Source: Rhodocyclaceae bacterium
Lineage (GTDB): Bacteria; Pseudomonadota; Gammaproteobacteria; Burkholderiales; Rhodocyclaceae
Direction: 5' to 3'
DNA: 38,875 bases
Assembly (NCBI GenBank): GCA_035331665.1
Contig: DAOLKI010000001.1
Location: forward strand, 1 to 38,875
Part shown: positions 1-7,732 of the stretch, one piece after another
Layout: every line of letters begins with the position of its first letter
Numbering within the stretch: the first letter of the stretch is position 1
Position numbers and translations under genes: made by a program
The notes under the pieces: model-generated
The model's input: only the letters and a program-made list of their open reading frames with translations
Told to the model about the DNA's origin: nothing
The model's database searches: none

Positions 1-377
1 GCCGTGTCGGCGGCGAAGATCATGTCGCACATCATGGCCAGTTCGCAGCCGCCGCCCAGGGCAAATCCGGCCACCGCGGCGATGATGGGTTTGCGGCAGC
101 GGGCGACCTGGTCCCAATTGCGGCTGATGTAATTGGTCTTGTAGACGCGCATGTAGTCCCACTCGGCCATGGCGCCGATGTCGGCGCCGGCGGCGAAGGC
201 CTTGTCCGACCCGGTGACCACCATGCATCCGACGCCCTCGTCGGCATCGAAGGCGGCCAGCGCGGCACCCAGTTCGTCGATCAGCGCGTCATTGAGGGCA
301 TTGAGCGCTTTCGGACGGTTGAGGGTGATCAGGCCGACCTTGCCGCGGGTCTCGACCAGGATGTTTTCGTAAGCCAT
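1..377 (-). CDS. enoyl-CoA hydratase/crotonase family protein (N-terminal part; gene runs off the left edge)
   Basis: Not in the ORF track because there is no stop in the window. Hand translation of the reverse strand from ATG at 377-375 gives MAYENILVETRGKVGLITLNRPKALNALNDALIDELGAALAAFDADEGVGCMVVTGSDKAFAAGADIGAMAEWDYMRVYKTNYISRNWDQVARCRKPIIAAVAGFALGGGCELAMMCDMIFAADTA with no stop. It contains the crotonase signature AGFALGGGCELAMMCD. Confidence 0.85.
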   Translation of the reverse strand, partial: MAYENILVETRGKVGLITLNRPKALNALNDALIDELGAALAAFDADEGVGCMVVTGSDKAFAAGADIGAMAEWDYMRVYKTNYISRNWDQVARCRKPIIAAVAGFALGGGCELAMMCDMIFAADT

Positions 378-379
378 TG

Positions 380-997
380 CTACTCCTTGCGTGGATTGGT
401 GATCTCCGGCGCGCTCCGCAGGGTGGGTGCCTCGCCGGCCTGGACCGCGGCCGGACGGCCGCCATCCTTGTTCTTGGGCTGGATGACGGCGCGTACCCGC
501 TCCCGCGGACCGGTCGCGGACGAGGTGCCCTTGGGCCCCCCCGTCACCACGTAGTTCTCGCTCTTGCCGTCGTAGGAGATGAACTCCCCGCGCACTTCGT
601 CCAGGCCGCTCTTCACCCAGGCGTGACCGAAGAATTCCGTCTTCTCGGCACGGCCATCGTGCTCGATGCGATCCGACTGACCTTCGACGAACTCGTCCCT
701 GCCTTCCCGCTTTTGCCGGAAGTAGGCCAGCCCGCCGGGACCGCCTTGGGCGATTCCCTTCTGGAAACCCTCGGCGTCCTGGGTCACCGTCAGGCGCGCG
801 GTGCGGATCAGCAGCGTGCCTTGGGTCAGTTGCACGTTGCCCTCCAGGACGTGGACCTTCCGCACGTCGTCCACGGTGATCCGGTCCGCTTCGAGGTTGA
901 CCGGCCGGTCCCGGTCGGCCCGCTCGGCGAGGGCGATTCCGGCCGGGAGGATCAGGGCCGCCGCCAACAGGCGGCGCATACGGGTTCGTGTGCTCAT
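380..997 (-). CDS. lptA: LPS transport periplasmic protein LptA (OstA-like)
   Basis: 205-aa ORF with a signal peptide (RRLLAAALILPAGIALA). The OstA-type pattern is present: LEADRITVDD...VLEGNVQLTQGTLLIRTARLTV...AYFRQK...VEGQSDRIEHD. It lies directly downstream of lptC-kdsC-kdsD. Confidence 0.85.
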   Translation of the reverse strand: MSTRTRMRRLLAAALILPAGIALAERADRDRPVNLEADRITVDDVRKVHVLEGNVQLTQGTLLIRTARLTVTQDAEGFQKGIAQGGPGGLAYFRQKREGRDEFVEGQSDRIEHDGRAEKTEFFGHAWVKSGLDEVRGEFISYDGKSENYVVTGGPKGTSSATGPRERVRAVIQPKNKDGGRPAAVQAGEAPTLRSAPEITNPRKE

Positions 998-1587
998 GAT
1001 CGTGGCGGTTTCCGATAGATGGTGCCCTGGACCCGTCCGCGCAGGACGGCGACGCGACGGGCATTGTCCGCGTCAACGCCGGTGCCGACGACGACGCTGT
1101 TGCCCTGGGTGATGGTGACGGCCGAGTCGGAATGCGCCTTTTCCTCGTCCGGCAGCACGACCAGTTCGGCCGTCGTGATGACGGTATCCGGGTCTCCGCG
1201 CGCGCCCTGCCGCAGGTAACGGACGTTGCCCGACAGGCGGACCTCCTGGCCGTCGCGGCTCATCCAGGCATTTTCCGAGGACAGGACAGCCGGGCGCTCC
1301 TTCTGGAAGAGGACGCGAGGCTGGCTCACCTCCGTACTGTCGTCGTCCGGGTAATGACGCATGGATTGTGCGTCCAGGGTGTGCTGGAGTTTTCCGTCCG
1401 GCGCAAAACGGCGCAGGTGCAATTGCTCCACGATGTAATCCGGATCGTGCCGGGCGCTGCCGCGCCTGGCCCCCGAATCGACCTGGGTCGCCCGCTCGAG
1501 CCAGAAGCTCAACGCCGCCAACAGGACCAGCAGGACCAGCGGAAAGAGGCGGGATCCGAGGCTTCTCACCGGGATCAGCCCAGCCAA
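994..1587 (-). CDS. lptC: LPS export system protein LptC
   Basis: 197-aa ORF with an N-terminal membrane anchor (LFPLVLLVLLAALSFWL) followed by a beta-jellyroll-like periplasmic part. It overlaps the lptA start by 4 nt and sits in the canonical position between kdsC and lptA. Confidence 0.8.
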   Translation of the reverse strand: MAGLIPVRSLGSRLFPLVLLVLLAALSFWLERATQVDSGARRGSARHDPDYIVEQLHLRRFAPDGKLQHTLDAQSMRHYPDDDSTEVSQPRVLFQKERPAVLSSENAWMSRDGQEVRLSGNVRYLRQGARGDPDTVITTAELVVLPDEEKAHSDSAVTITQGNSVVVGTGVDADNARRVAVLRGRVQGTIYRKPPRS

Positions 1588-2096
1588 GGCGCGAGGGCGG
1601 CGTCGAGCCGGCCCTGGGCGGCGAGAATGAACTCGCAGACCTCGCGCACCGCGCCGGCACCTGCCGGGGCCCTGGCCACATAATCCGCGTGCCTCATGAC
1701 CAGCGCGTGACCGTCGGGCACCGTGGCGGCGAAACCGCAGGCACGCAGCACCGGCAGGTCCACCACGTCGTCGCCCATGTAGCCGGCCTCGGCGGGATCG
1801 AGCCCCAACCGGGACACCAAGTCCAGCATGACCGTTCGCTTGTCCCCGATGCCCTGGAACAGGTGTCCGATCCCGAGGTTGGCGGCGCGCTTCTCGACCG
1901 CCTCAGACCGGCGCCCGGTGATGATCGCGAGCGTCGTTCCGGATGCGGCGAGCATCTTCAGGCCATGGCCGTCGCGGCTCGAGAATCCCTTCATTTCGTC
2001 GCCGGCGGACGAGAAATACAGGGTCCCGTCCGTGAGGACCCCGTCCACGTCAAAGGCCATCAGGCGGAGCCGGGCGGCCTTGTCGGCGGCTGTCAT
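1575..2096 (-). CDS. kdsC: 3-deoxy-D-manno-octulosonate 8-phosphate phosphatase KdsC (HAD family)
   Basis: 173-aa ORF with HAD motif I (FDVDGVLTDG) and the downstream motifs ITGR and YMGDDVVDL. It lies between kdsD and lptC. Confidence 0.9.
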   Translation of the reverse strand: MTAADKAARLRLMAFDVDGVLTDGTLYFSSAGDEMKGFSSRDGHGLKMLAASGTTLAIITGRRSEAVEKRAANLGIGHLFQGIGDKRTVMLDLVSRLGLDPAEAGYMGDDVVDLPVLRACGFAATVPDGHALVMRHADYVARAPAGAGAVREVCEFILAAQGRLDAALAPWLG

Positions 2097-3100
2097 CAGA
2101 TGACCTTCGCCCGGAACAGGTCGTGCATGTTCAGGGCGCCGACGACCGCGCCCCGGGCATCCAGCACGAGAAGCTGGTTGATGCGCAGACGGTCCATCAT
2201 TTCCACGGCTTCAACGGCCAGGCGATCCGGACCTATCGAATGCGGATGGGTGGTCATGACCTTCCGCACGGGGATTTCCCGCAGGTCGCCGAGGCGCTCC
2301 AGGCTGCGGCGCAGGTCGCCGTCGGTGAAGATGCCGGCTAGCCGGCCTTCGGAGTCCTGGACGATGGTCATGCCAAGGCCCCCACGGGACATTTCCAGCA
2401 GCGCATGCGGCACCGGCGTTCCTTCGCCGACCCGGGGCAGGCCGTCGCCGTCGCGCATCACGTCGCGCACGTGGGTCAGCAGCTTGCGGCCCAGGGCGCC
2501 ACCGGGATGGGTGCGGGCGAAGTCGTCCGCGGAGAAGCCTCTGGCGTCGAGCAGGGCGACGGCCAGCGCGTCGCCGAGGGCCAGCGCGGCGGTGGTGCTG
2601 GCCGTGGGCGCCAAATTCAGGGGGCAGGCCTCCTCGCGGACACGGGCGTCGAGATGGATGTCGGCCTCGCCTGCCAACGAGGAGTCGGCGTTGCCGGTGA
2701 TGGCGATCAGGTGTCCCCCCTGCCGCTTGACCAGGGGAACGATGGTGAGCAATTCGTCGTTCTCGCCGGAGTTGGAAATGGCGATCATCACGTCGTCGCG
2801 CGTGATCATGCCCAGGTCCCCGTGGACCGCTTCCGCCGCATGCACGAAATAGGCCGGCGTGCCGGTGCTGGCGAGCGTGGCCGCGATCTTGCGCGCAATG
2901 TGGCCGGACTTGCCGATGCCGCTCACCACGACGCGGCCGTGGCATTCGAGGATCGTCCGAACCGCGTGGTCGAATTCGGCGCCGAGGCGGCTGGCCAGGG
3001 CGAGCACGGCATCGGCTTCGATGTGCAGGACGCGGCGCGCCATCGCCAGGGCGGGCGATTCCACTATGTCATCGGGGGTAAGGGGACGGACTTGGGACAT
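2096..3100 (-). CDS. kdsD: arabinose-5-phosphate isomerase KdsD (SIS plus tandem CBS domains)
   Basis: 334-aa ORF. SIS-domain motifs are present (VVVSGIGKSGHIARKIAATLASTGTPA, ISNSGE), and the C-terminus has CBS repeats (VRDVM..., VVGALNMHDLFRA). Confidence 0.9.
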   Translation of the reverse strand: MSQVRPLTPDDIVESPALAMARRVLHIEADAVLALASRLGAEFDHAVRTILECHGRVVVSGIGKSGHIARKIAATLASTGTPAYFVHAAEAVHGDLGMITRDDVMIAISNSGENDELLTIVPLVKRQGGHLIAITGNADSSLAGEADIHLDARVREEACPLNLAPTASTTAALALGDALAVALLDARGFSADDFARTHPGGALGRKLLTHVRDVMRDGDGLPRVGEGTPVPHALLEMSRGGLGMTIVQDSEGRLAGIFTDGDLRRSLERLGDLREIPVRKVMTTHPHSIGPDRLAVEAVEMMDRLRINQLLVLDARGAVVGALNMHDLFRAKVI

Positions 3101-3169
3101 GGTCCGGGCTGCCGTTATGATTGGCGACGATTATATCAACCCCCCCGGACCGGCCGGTCTCCCATCGCC

Positions 3170-5140
3170 ATGTCATCCCTGCAGCTCGTATTGCTCCTGC
3201 TGGCGGCGGCCGTGCTGGTCGTGGTGGCCTTCCGGACCCTCGGCCTGCCGCCCATCATCGGCTACCTGCTGGTGGGCTGCGCGATCGGACCCCATGCGCT
3301 CGGGTGGCTGCCCGACGAGGAATCGACCCGCCGGCTGGCGGAGTTCGGCGTGGTCTTCCTGATGTTTTCCATCGGGCTCGAGTTCTCGTTGCCGCGGCTT
3401 TACAGCATGAAGCGCATCGTCTTCGGCCTCGGCCTCGCCCAGGTGGCGACGACCCTCCTGGTCGGCATGCTCGCCGCGTGGGCGGCAGGTGCGTCGATGC
3501 GGCAGGGAATCGCGCTCGGCGGCGTGGTCGCCATGTCCTCCACCGCAGTGCTCTCCCGCCTGCTTGCCGAACGCCTCGAACTGGAGTCGGCCCACGGGCG
3601 CGAGGTGATCGGGGTGCTGCTGTTCCAGGACCTGGCCGTGGTGCCCCTGATGATCCTTCTGCCTGCCCTGACCCAGGCGCCGGAAGCCTTTGCCGCGACG
3701 CTGCTCCCCGAACTGGCCAAGGCCGTCGCCGTGCTCGCCGTGGTGATCTTCTTCGGCCAGCGCCTGATGGGCCTGTGGTTCTTCATCGTGGCGCGGCGCA
3801 AGTCGGCGGAATTGTTCGTCCTGAACGTGCTGCTGATCACCCTCGGGCTCGCCTACGTCACGGAACAGGCCGGGCTTTCGCTCGCCCTGGGGGCATTCAC
3901 GGCCGGCATGCTGATTTCCGAGACCGAGTACCGCTACCAGGTCGAGGAAGACATAAAGCCCTTCCGGGACGTGCTCCTCGGGCTGTTCTTCGTGACGGTC
4001 GGCATGCTGCTCGATCTGCCCCTGGTGATCGAGAACCTCGCCTGGGTGGCGGCGGCCCTGGTCCTGCTTCTCTCGGTCAAGCTGGCGCTCGTGGCCGGCC
4101 TGTCGCGCCTCTTTGGCGCGGCGCCGGGCACGTCCTTGCGGGCGGGCCTGTGGCTATGCGCCGGGGGCGAATTCGGCTTCGTCCTGCTGGACCGGGCGGG
4201 CGAGCTGGGACTGATGAAGGGACATCTGATGCAGGTGACGCTGGCGGCGCTGGTCCTGTCCCTGATCCTCGCGCCATTGATCGTCCATTTCTCGGACCGC
4301 ATCGTGATGCGCTTCGTCTCCTCCGAATGGCTGTTGCGGTCCATGCAGCTGACCCAGTTGGCCGCCCGATCGCTGACGGCCGAAAGGCATGCCATCGTCT
4401 GCGGCTACGGCCGCACGGGCCAGCACCTGGCGCGTTTCCTCGAACAGGAGGGCATCGCGACCGTGGCCCTGGATTCCGACCCCGAACGCGTCAGCGAGGC
4501 CGCCGCCGCGGGCGAGCCCGTCAGTTACGGGGATTGCGCGCGCCGCGAAACCCTGGTGACGGCGGGTGTCGTGCGGGCCCACGTGCTGATCGTCACCTTT
4601 TCCGACAGCCACGCGGTGCAACGGGTGCTTCACCACGTGCGGGACCTGCGCCCGGACCTTCCGGTGGTGGTGCGGGCCCACGACGACGCGGACATGGAAC
4701 GATTCGCGGCGCTCGGCGCCACCGAGGTGGTCCCGGAGGCCCTCGAGTCGAGCGTCATGCTGGCCACGCACGCCCTGGCCCTGCTGGGGATTCCGATGCA
4801 CCGGGTGATCAAGCGTCTGCGCGAGATGCGCGAGCAGCACTACGTGCTGCTGAGAGGCTTCTTCCATGGCGCCACGGACGCGGCCGACCATCTGGAAGAG
4901 GCCGATCAGCCGCGGTTGCATGCGGTTCTGGTGACGGACGGGGCCAAGGGTGCCGGCCGCCCGGCCGACGAACTCGGCCTGGTGGAAATGGGCGTCCAGG
5001 TGTCGGCGGTGCGCCGCCGCGGGGCAACCCGCCAACGCGTCGATCTTCGCGAGCCCCTGGCCGAGGGGGACGTGGTGGTGCTGTTGGGAACGCCGAAAGC
5101 CCTGAAGGCGGCGGAGGAAAGAATCCTGCGCGGAAAATGA
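3170..5140 (+). CDS. monovalent cation:proton antiporter-2 (CPA2) family protein, KefB/YbaL-like, with TrkA-N and TrkA-C domains
   Basis: In-frame ATG at 3170 (MSSLQLVLLLLAAAVLVV...) inside the long ORF 2405-5140. The part upstream of 3170 overlaps kdsD antisense and is Arg/Gly-rich. There are multiple TM helices, a Rossmann motif (VCGYGRTGQHLARFL) and a C-terminal TrkA-C-like segment. Confidence 0.85.
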   Translation: MSSLQLVLLLLAAAVLVVVAFRTLGLPPIIGYLLVGCAIGPHALGWLPDEESTRRLAEFGVVFLMFSIGLEFSLPRLYSMKRIVFGLGLAQVATTLLVGMLAAWAAGASMRQGIALGGVVAMSSTAVLSRLLAERLELESAHGREVIGVLLFQDLAVVPLMILLPALTQAPEAFAATLLPELAKAVAVLAVVIFFGQRLMGLWFFIVARRKSAELFVLNVLLITLGLAYVTEQAGLSLALGAFTAGMLISETEYRYQVEEDIKPFRDVLLGLFFVTVGMLLDLPLVIENLAWVAAALVLLLSVKLALVAGLSRLFGAAPGTSLRAGLWLCAGGEFGFVLLDRAGELGLMKGHLMQVTLAALVLSLILAPLIVHFSDRIVMRFVSSEWLLRSMQLTQLAARSLTAERHAIVCGYGRTGQHLARFLEQEGIATVALDSDPERVSEAAAAGEPVSYGDCARRETLVTAGVVRAHVLIVTFSDSHAVQRVLHHVRDLRPDLPVVVRAHDDADMERFAALGATEVVPEALESSVMLATHALALLGIPMHRVIKRLREMREQHYVLLRGFFHGATDAADHLEEADQPRLHAVLVTDGAKGAGRPADELGLVEMGVQVSAVRRRGATRQRVDLREPLAEGDVVVLLGTPKALKAAEERILRGK

Positions 5141-5165
5141 GAAGGCCCGCCAGGGGCGGGCCTTC
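5134..5165 (-). terminator. intrinsic terminator downstream of the pilin gene (it may also stop the convergent antiporter transcript)
   Basis: Perfect 11-bp stem GAAGGCCCGCC / GGCGGGCCTTC (5141-5151 and 5155-5165) with a 3-nt loop. On the minus strand it is followed by TCATTTT. It sits between the convergent stops at 5140 and 5184. Confidence 0.65.
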
Positions 5166-5183
5166 GGAACAGGTGGCAGCCCT

Positions 5184-5846
5184 TCAGTAGGCGGCGCAGA
5201 CGGTATACAGGTTCGCGTCGTCCGCCGGGGCGAGGGCGACGGCGTCTGCCGCCGTCGCGCAGGTGTTTTGGCAAATGACCCGCAAGGTGCCGGTCGCCGT
5301 ATTTCCATCATCGATGGTGGTATCGATCTGTCGGGCGAAGCGGCCCTGGATGTTGGTGGAACAGACATAGAAGTTGGCGATGTAAGGCGTCGTCGGTGCA
5401 GTCAGGACCGGGTCGCCCGTAATGCCGATGGCTCCGCCGTCGGCATTGCGCGGGACGTAATCGGCGGCCGCCGTATTCGTGGTACCCGTCGCAAGGCCGG
5501 CCAAGCGCACGTGCTGCCAGAACAGATAGGTTTCGTCGGTTGCAGTGGCGGAGTTCCAGGTGCCATTCAGTCGGGCGTTGCCGACGGACCCGGCGGGCGT
5601 CGTGGCAACCGTGGCGCCGGCGCCCACGTGATTGACCACGGCGGTGTCGTCACCCGGAAGGGCGCGAAACTTGTCCTGGTAGGCATAGACGAAGGTCGAG
5701 ATGTTGCGGAAGTCGCCCGCCATGTTCTTGACCTTGGCGCTGTTGATGAGCTCCTGGCCCTTCAGCACGCCGCCGAGCAGCAGGCCGATGATGACCAGCA
5801 CGATGGCGATTTCGACAAGGGTGAATCCGGATTGCTTGCGGTACAT
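5184..5846 (-). CDS. type IV pilin-like major subunit (prepilin N-terminal cleavage/methylation domain)
   Basis: The internal ATG at 5846 gives MYRKQSG/FTLVEIAIVLVIIGLLLGG. This is a short basic leader, then Gly-Phe, Glu at +5 and a hydrophobic helix. A strong SD (AAGGAGAAGG, 5851-5860) lies 4 nt upstream. The C-terminal region has four Cys. The ORF-track start at 5993 would add 49 non-pilin residues and overrun the promoter. Confidence 0.85.
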   Translation of the reverse strand: MYRKQSGFTLVEIAIVLVIIGLLLGGVLKGQELINSAKVKNMAGDFRNISTFVYAYQDKFRALPGDDTAVVNHVGAGATVATTPAGSVGNARLNGTWNSATATDETYLFWQHVRLAGLATGTTNTAAADYVPRNADGGAIGITGDPVLTAPTTPYIANFYVCSTNIQGRFARQIDTTIDDGNTATGTLRVICQNTCATAADAVALAPADDANLYTVCAAY

Positions 5847-5899
5847 TTTTCCTTCTCCTTGGCGACAGGGTGTCGTCCTTCTGGCGTTAATATGGAATC

Positions 5900-5915
5900 T
5901 GCAAGAACGGTGCCA
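5900..5915 (-). promoter_or_regulatory. sigma-54 (-24/-12) promoter of the pilin gene
   Basis: The plus strand reads TGCAAGAACGGTGCCA, so the minus strand reads TGGCAC-CGTTC-TTGCA. This is an exact match to the TGGCAC-N5-TTGCW consensus. It lies 54 nt upstream of the pilin ATG, and a sigma-54 activator is encoded in the same locus. Confidence 0.7.
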
Positions 5916-5932
5916 GCCGGTTTCCGTAAAAA

Positions 5933-5945
5933 AATCGACCGCTTG
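5933..5945. promoter_or_regulatory. possible IHF-type bending site between the sigma-54 promoter and upstream repeats
   Basis: AATCGACCGCTTG matches WATCAANNNNTTR with one mismatch and is preceded by an A7 tract (5928-5934). Two GGAAAAT direct repeats (minus-strand reading; plus strand 5950-5956 and 5973-5979) lie beyond it. Confidence 0.25.
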
Positions 5946-5985
5946 GGCAATTTTCCTCAGGTGAAGTGACGGATTTTCCACGCTG

Positions 5986-7728
5986 ATGTCCAAAATTGGA
6001 CATATCCCTAAAGTGATAGGTGCGCGCTCCTCGTCGGAATTGCTGGACTGGATCGCCCAGCGGCGCCGCTGGTTGCTCTTCGCGTTATTGTTCCTTTTCT
6101 ACCTCACCCTGCTGGAAGGCGTGGCCGACCCGGTCAGTCGCACCCTGGCGGTGGTGCAGGTGGGCCTGTTCTTCTTGTGGCAACCCTTCATCCAGGCCGA
6201 CCGGCACATTGCTCCCCTCAGCGTTGCGGTACTCGCGGCCCTGGTCGTCTACGGTGCGGCCCATCTGAGCTGGGGAACTCTGATCCTCTGGGCCCTGCTC
6301 ATCGCCGGGATCATCGGGGGCAAGGTCTTCCACCCCGGCAGCCGATGGAATCGCCTGTTCCACCTTCTGGCCCTCGCCTTCCTCGTCGCCGCCATGCTTG
6401 CGGTTCTCGTGCCACGCGTGCTCCCCGGTGGGGTCCAGGTCGGCGGCAGCCTGGACCAGGTCGTGATCGCCGGGTTGCCCATCCTGATGCTGATCATGGG
6501 ATTGCTCCCCGTGGAGCCGGAGGCTCCCGGTTACCGGAACGCCGTCGATCTTGCCTACAGCGCCTTCATTTTTCTCATCCTTGCGGTCCTGATGCTGGGT
6601 AGCGTTGCCGGGATGGCGATCGGTCGGCTGGATTACCTGAGTTCGCTCGTGGTGGCAACGCTGGTGACGGCCGGCGGCCTGATCCTCCTGACATGGGCCT
6701 GGAATCCCCGGGGCGGTTTCGCCGGATTCGGGACGATCCTTTCCCGGCATCTGCTCTCGATGGGCACGCCTTTCGAGGAATGGGTGGAGTCCCTGTCGGC
6801 GGCTGTGCAAGGGGACGACGATCCGGGCCTGTTCGTCGCCCGGGCCTGTGCCGAATTGCCGCGCCGCATACCCTGGGTCTCCGGCGGGGAGTGGCGCACC
6901 GAGGACGGCGTGGGGAGTTTCGGCACGGGAACAGACCAACGCAGCGAGTACCGGCACGAGCGGCTCACGGTCGTCGTCTTTACGCGCCACGCGTCGACGC
7001 CGGTGATGGCCTGGCATTTGAACGTGGTCACCCGACTGATCGCCGAGTTCTACAATGCCCGGGTCCGGGCGGCCGAGCTGAGGCGCTTGACGTACCTTCA
7101 GGCCATCTACGAGACGGGGTCGCGATTGACCCACGACGTCAAGAACCTGCTCCAGTCCTTGAACACGCTGTGCGCCGCGGCGACCGGCGACGATGCATCC
7201 TCTCCGCGTTTCCAGGAGATGGTCCGGCGGCAGTTGCCGGTCATTGCCGCGCGCCTTCAGCAGACCCTGGAGAAGTTGAAGACGCCCGAATTGGCAGAGT
7301 CGCCCGCCATGGACGCCGACGACTGGTGGCATGACTTGGCGGGTCGCTTCGCCGGCGAAAGTGTCGAGTTCGCGCCATGGGACGGCGTACCGGGCCTGCG
7401 GGTGCCGGCAGCCCTGTTCAACGCCGCGGCGGAAAACCTGCTGCGCAATGCACTGGAAAAACGGCAACGGGAACCCGGCATCGCAATCCGCGTCTGCCTG
7501 GAGACGGATGCGGAAAAGGCCGCGCTGTCGGTGACGGATTGCGGCAGCGCAATCGGCGATGACCTGGCCAGGGAGATAGGTCGGGGACCGGTCGAGTCGG
7601 CAGGCGGCTTCGGCATCGGGCTCTACCAGATTGCCCGTTACGCCGCGGCCGGCGGCTATCGGTTGTACCTGGCCGAGAACCGCCCGGGCCGGGTGCGCTT
7701 CCGCCTTGCCCCGGATTCCCGCGCCTGA
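5986..7728 (+). CDS. polytopic membrane sensor histidine kinase
   Basis: 580-aa ORF. The first 260 aa or so are a run of hydrophobic helices. Kinase motifs follow: H-box RLTHDVKNLLQSL, N-box ENLLRNALEKR, G1 VTDCGSAIG and G2 GGFGIGLYQ. It is divergent from the sigma-54-dependent pilin gene. Confidence 0.8.
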   Translation: MSKIGHIPKVIGARSSSELLDWIAQRRRWLLFALLFLFYLTLLEGVADPVSRTLAVVQVGLFFLWQPFIQADRHIAPLSVAVLAALVVYGAAHLSWGTLILWALLIAGIIGGKVFHPGSRWNRLFHLLALAFLVAAMLAVLVPRVLPGGVQVGGSLDQVVIAGLPILMLIMGLLPVEPEAPGYRNAVDLAYSAFIFLILAVLMLGSVAGMAIGRLDYLSSLVVATLVTAGGLILLTWAWNPRGGFAGFGTILSRHLLSMGTPFEEWVESLSAAVQGDDDPGLFVARACAELPRRIPWVSGGEWRTEDGVGSFGTGTDQRSEYRHERLTVVVFTRHASTPVMAWHLNVVTRLIAEFYNARVRAAELRRLTYLQAIYETGSRLTHDVKNLLQSLNTLCAAATGDDASSPRFQEMVRRQLPVIAARLQQTLEKLKTPELAESPAMDADDWWHDLAGRFAGESVEFAPWDGVPGLRVPAALFNAAAENLLRNALEKRQREPGIAIRVCLETDAEKAALSVTDCGSAIGDDLAREIGRGPVESAGGFGIGLYQIARYAAAGGYRLYLAENRPGRVRFRLAPDSRA

Positions 7729-7732
7729 CCGG

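Noticed and set aside
2405-3169. N-terminal extension of the antiporter ORF (255 extra residues). Similar extensions exist for the pilin (to 5993), secretin (to 20974), hisG, hisD, hisA, hisF, mlaC and the ABC genes.
   Set aside because: The extensions overlap neighbouring genes or repeats and are compositionally non-protein-like. Internal starts give canonical N-termini (signal peptides, prepilin leader, conserved first motifs), often with an SD or a start/stop overlap.
6399-6414. Minus-strand TGGCAC-GAGAA-CCGCA with correct GG/GC spacing.
   Set aside because: It lies inside the kinase coding sequence, antisense, about 550 nt upstream of the pilin ATG. The -12 element is weaker, and a perfect site already exists at 5900-5915. 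A similar near-match at 14811-14826 has the wrong spacing.
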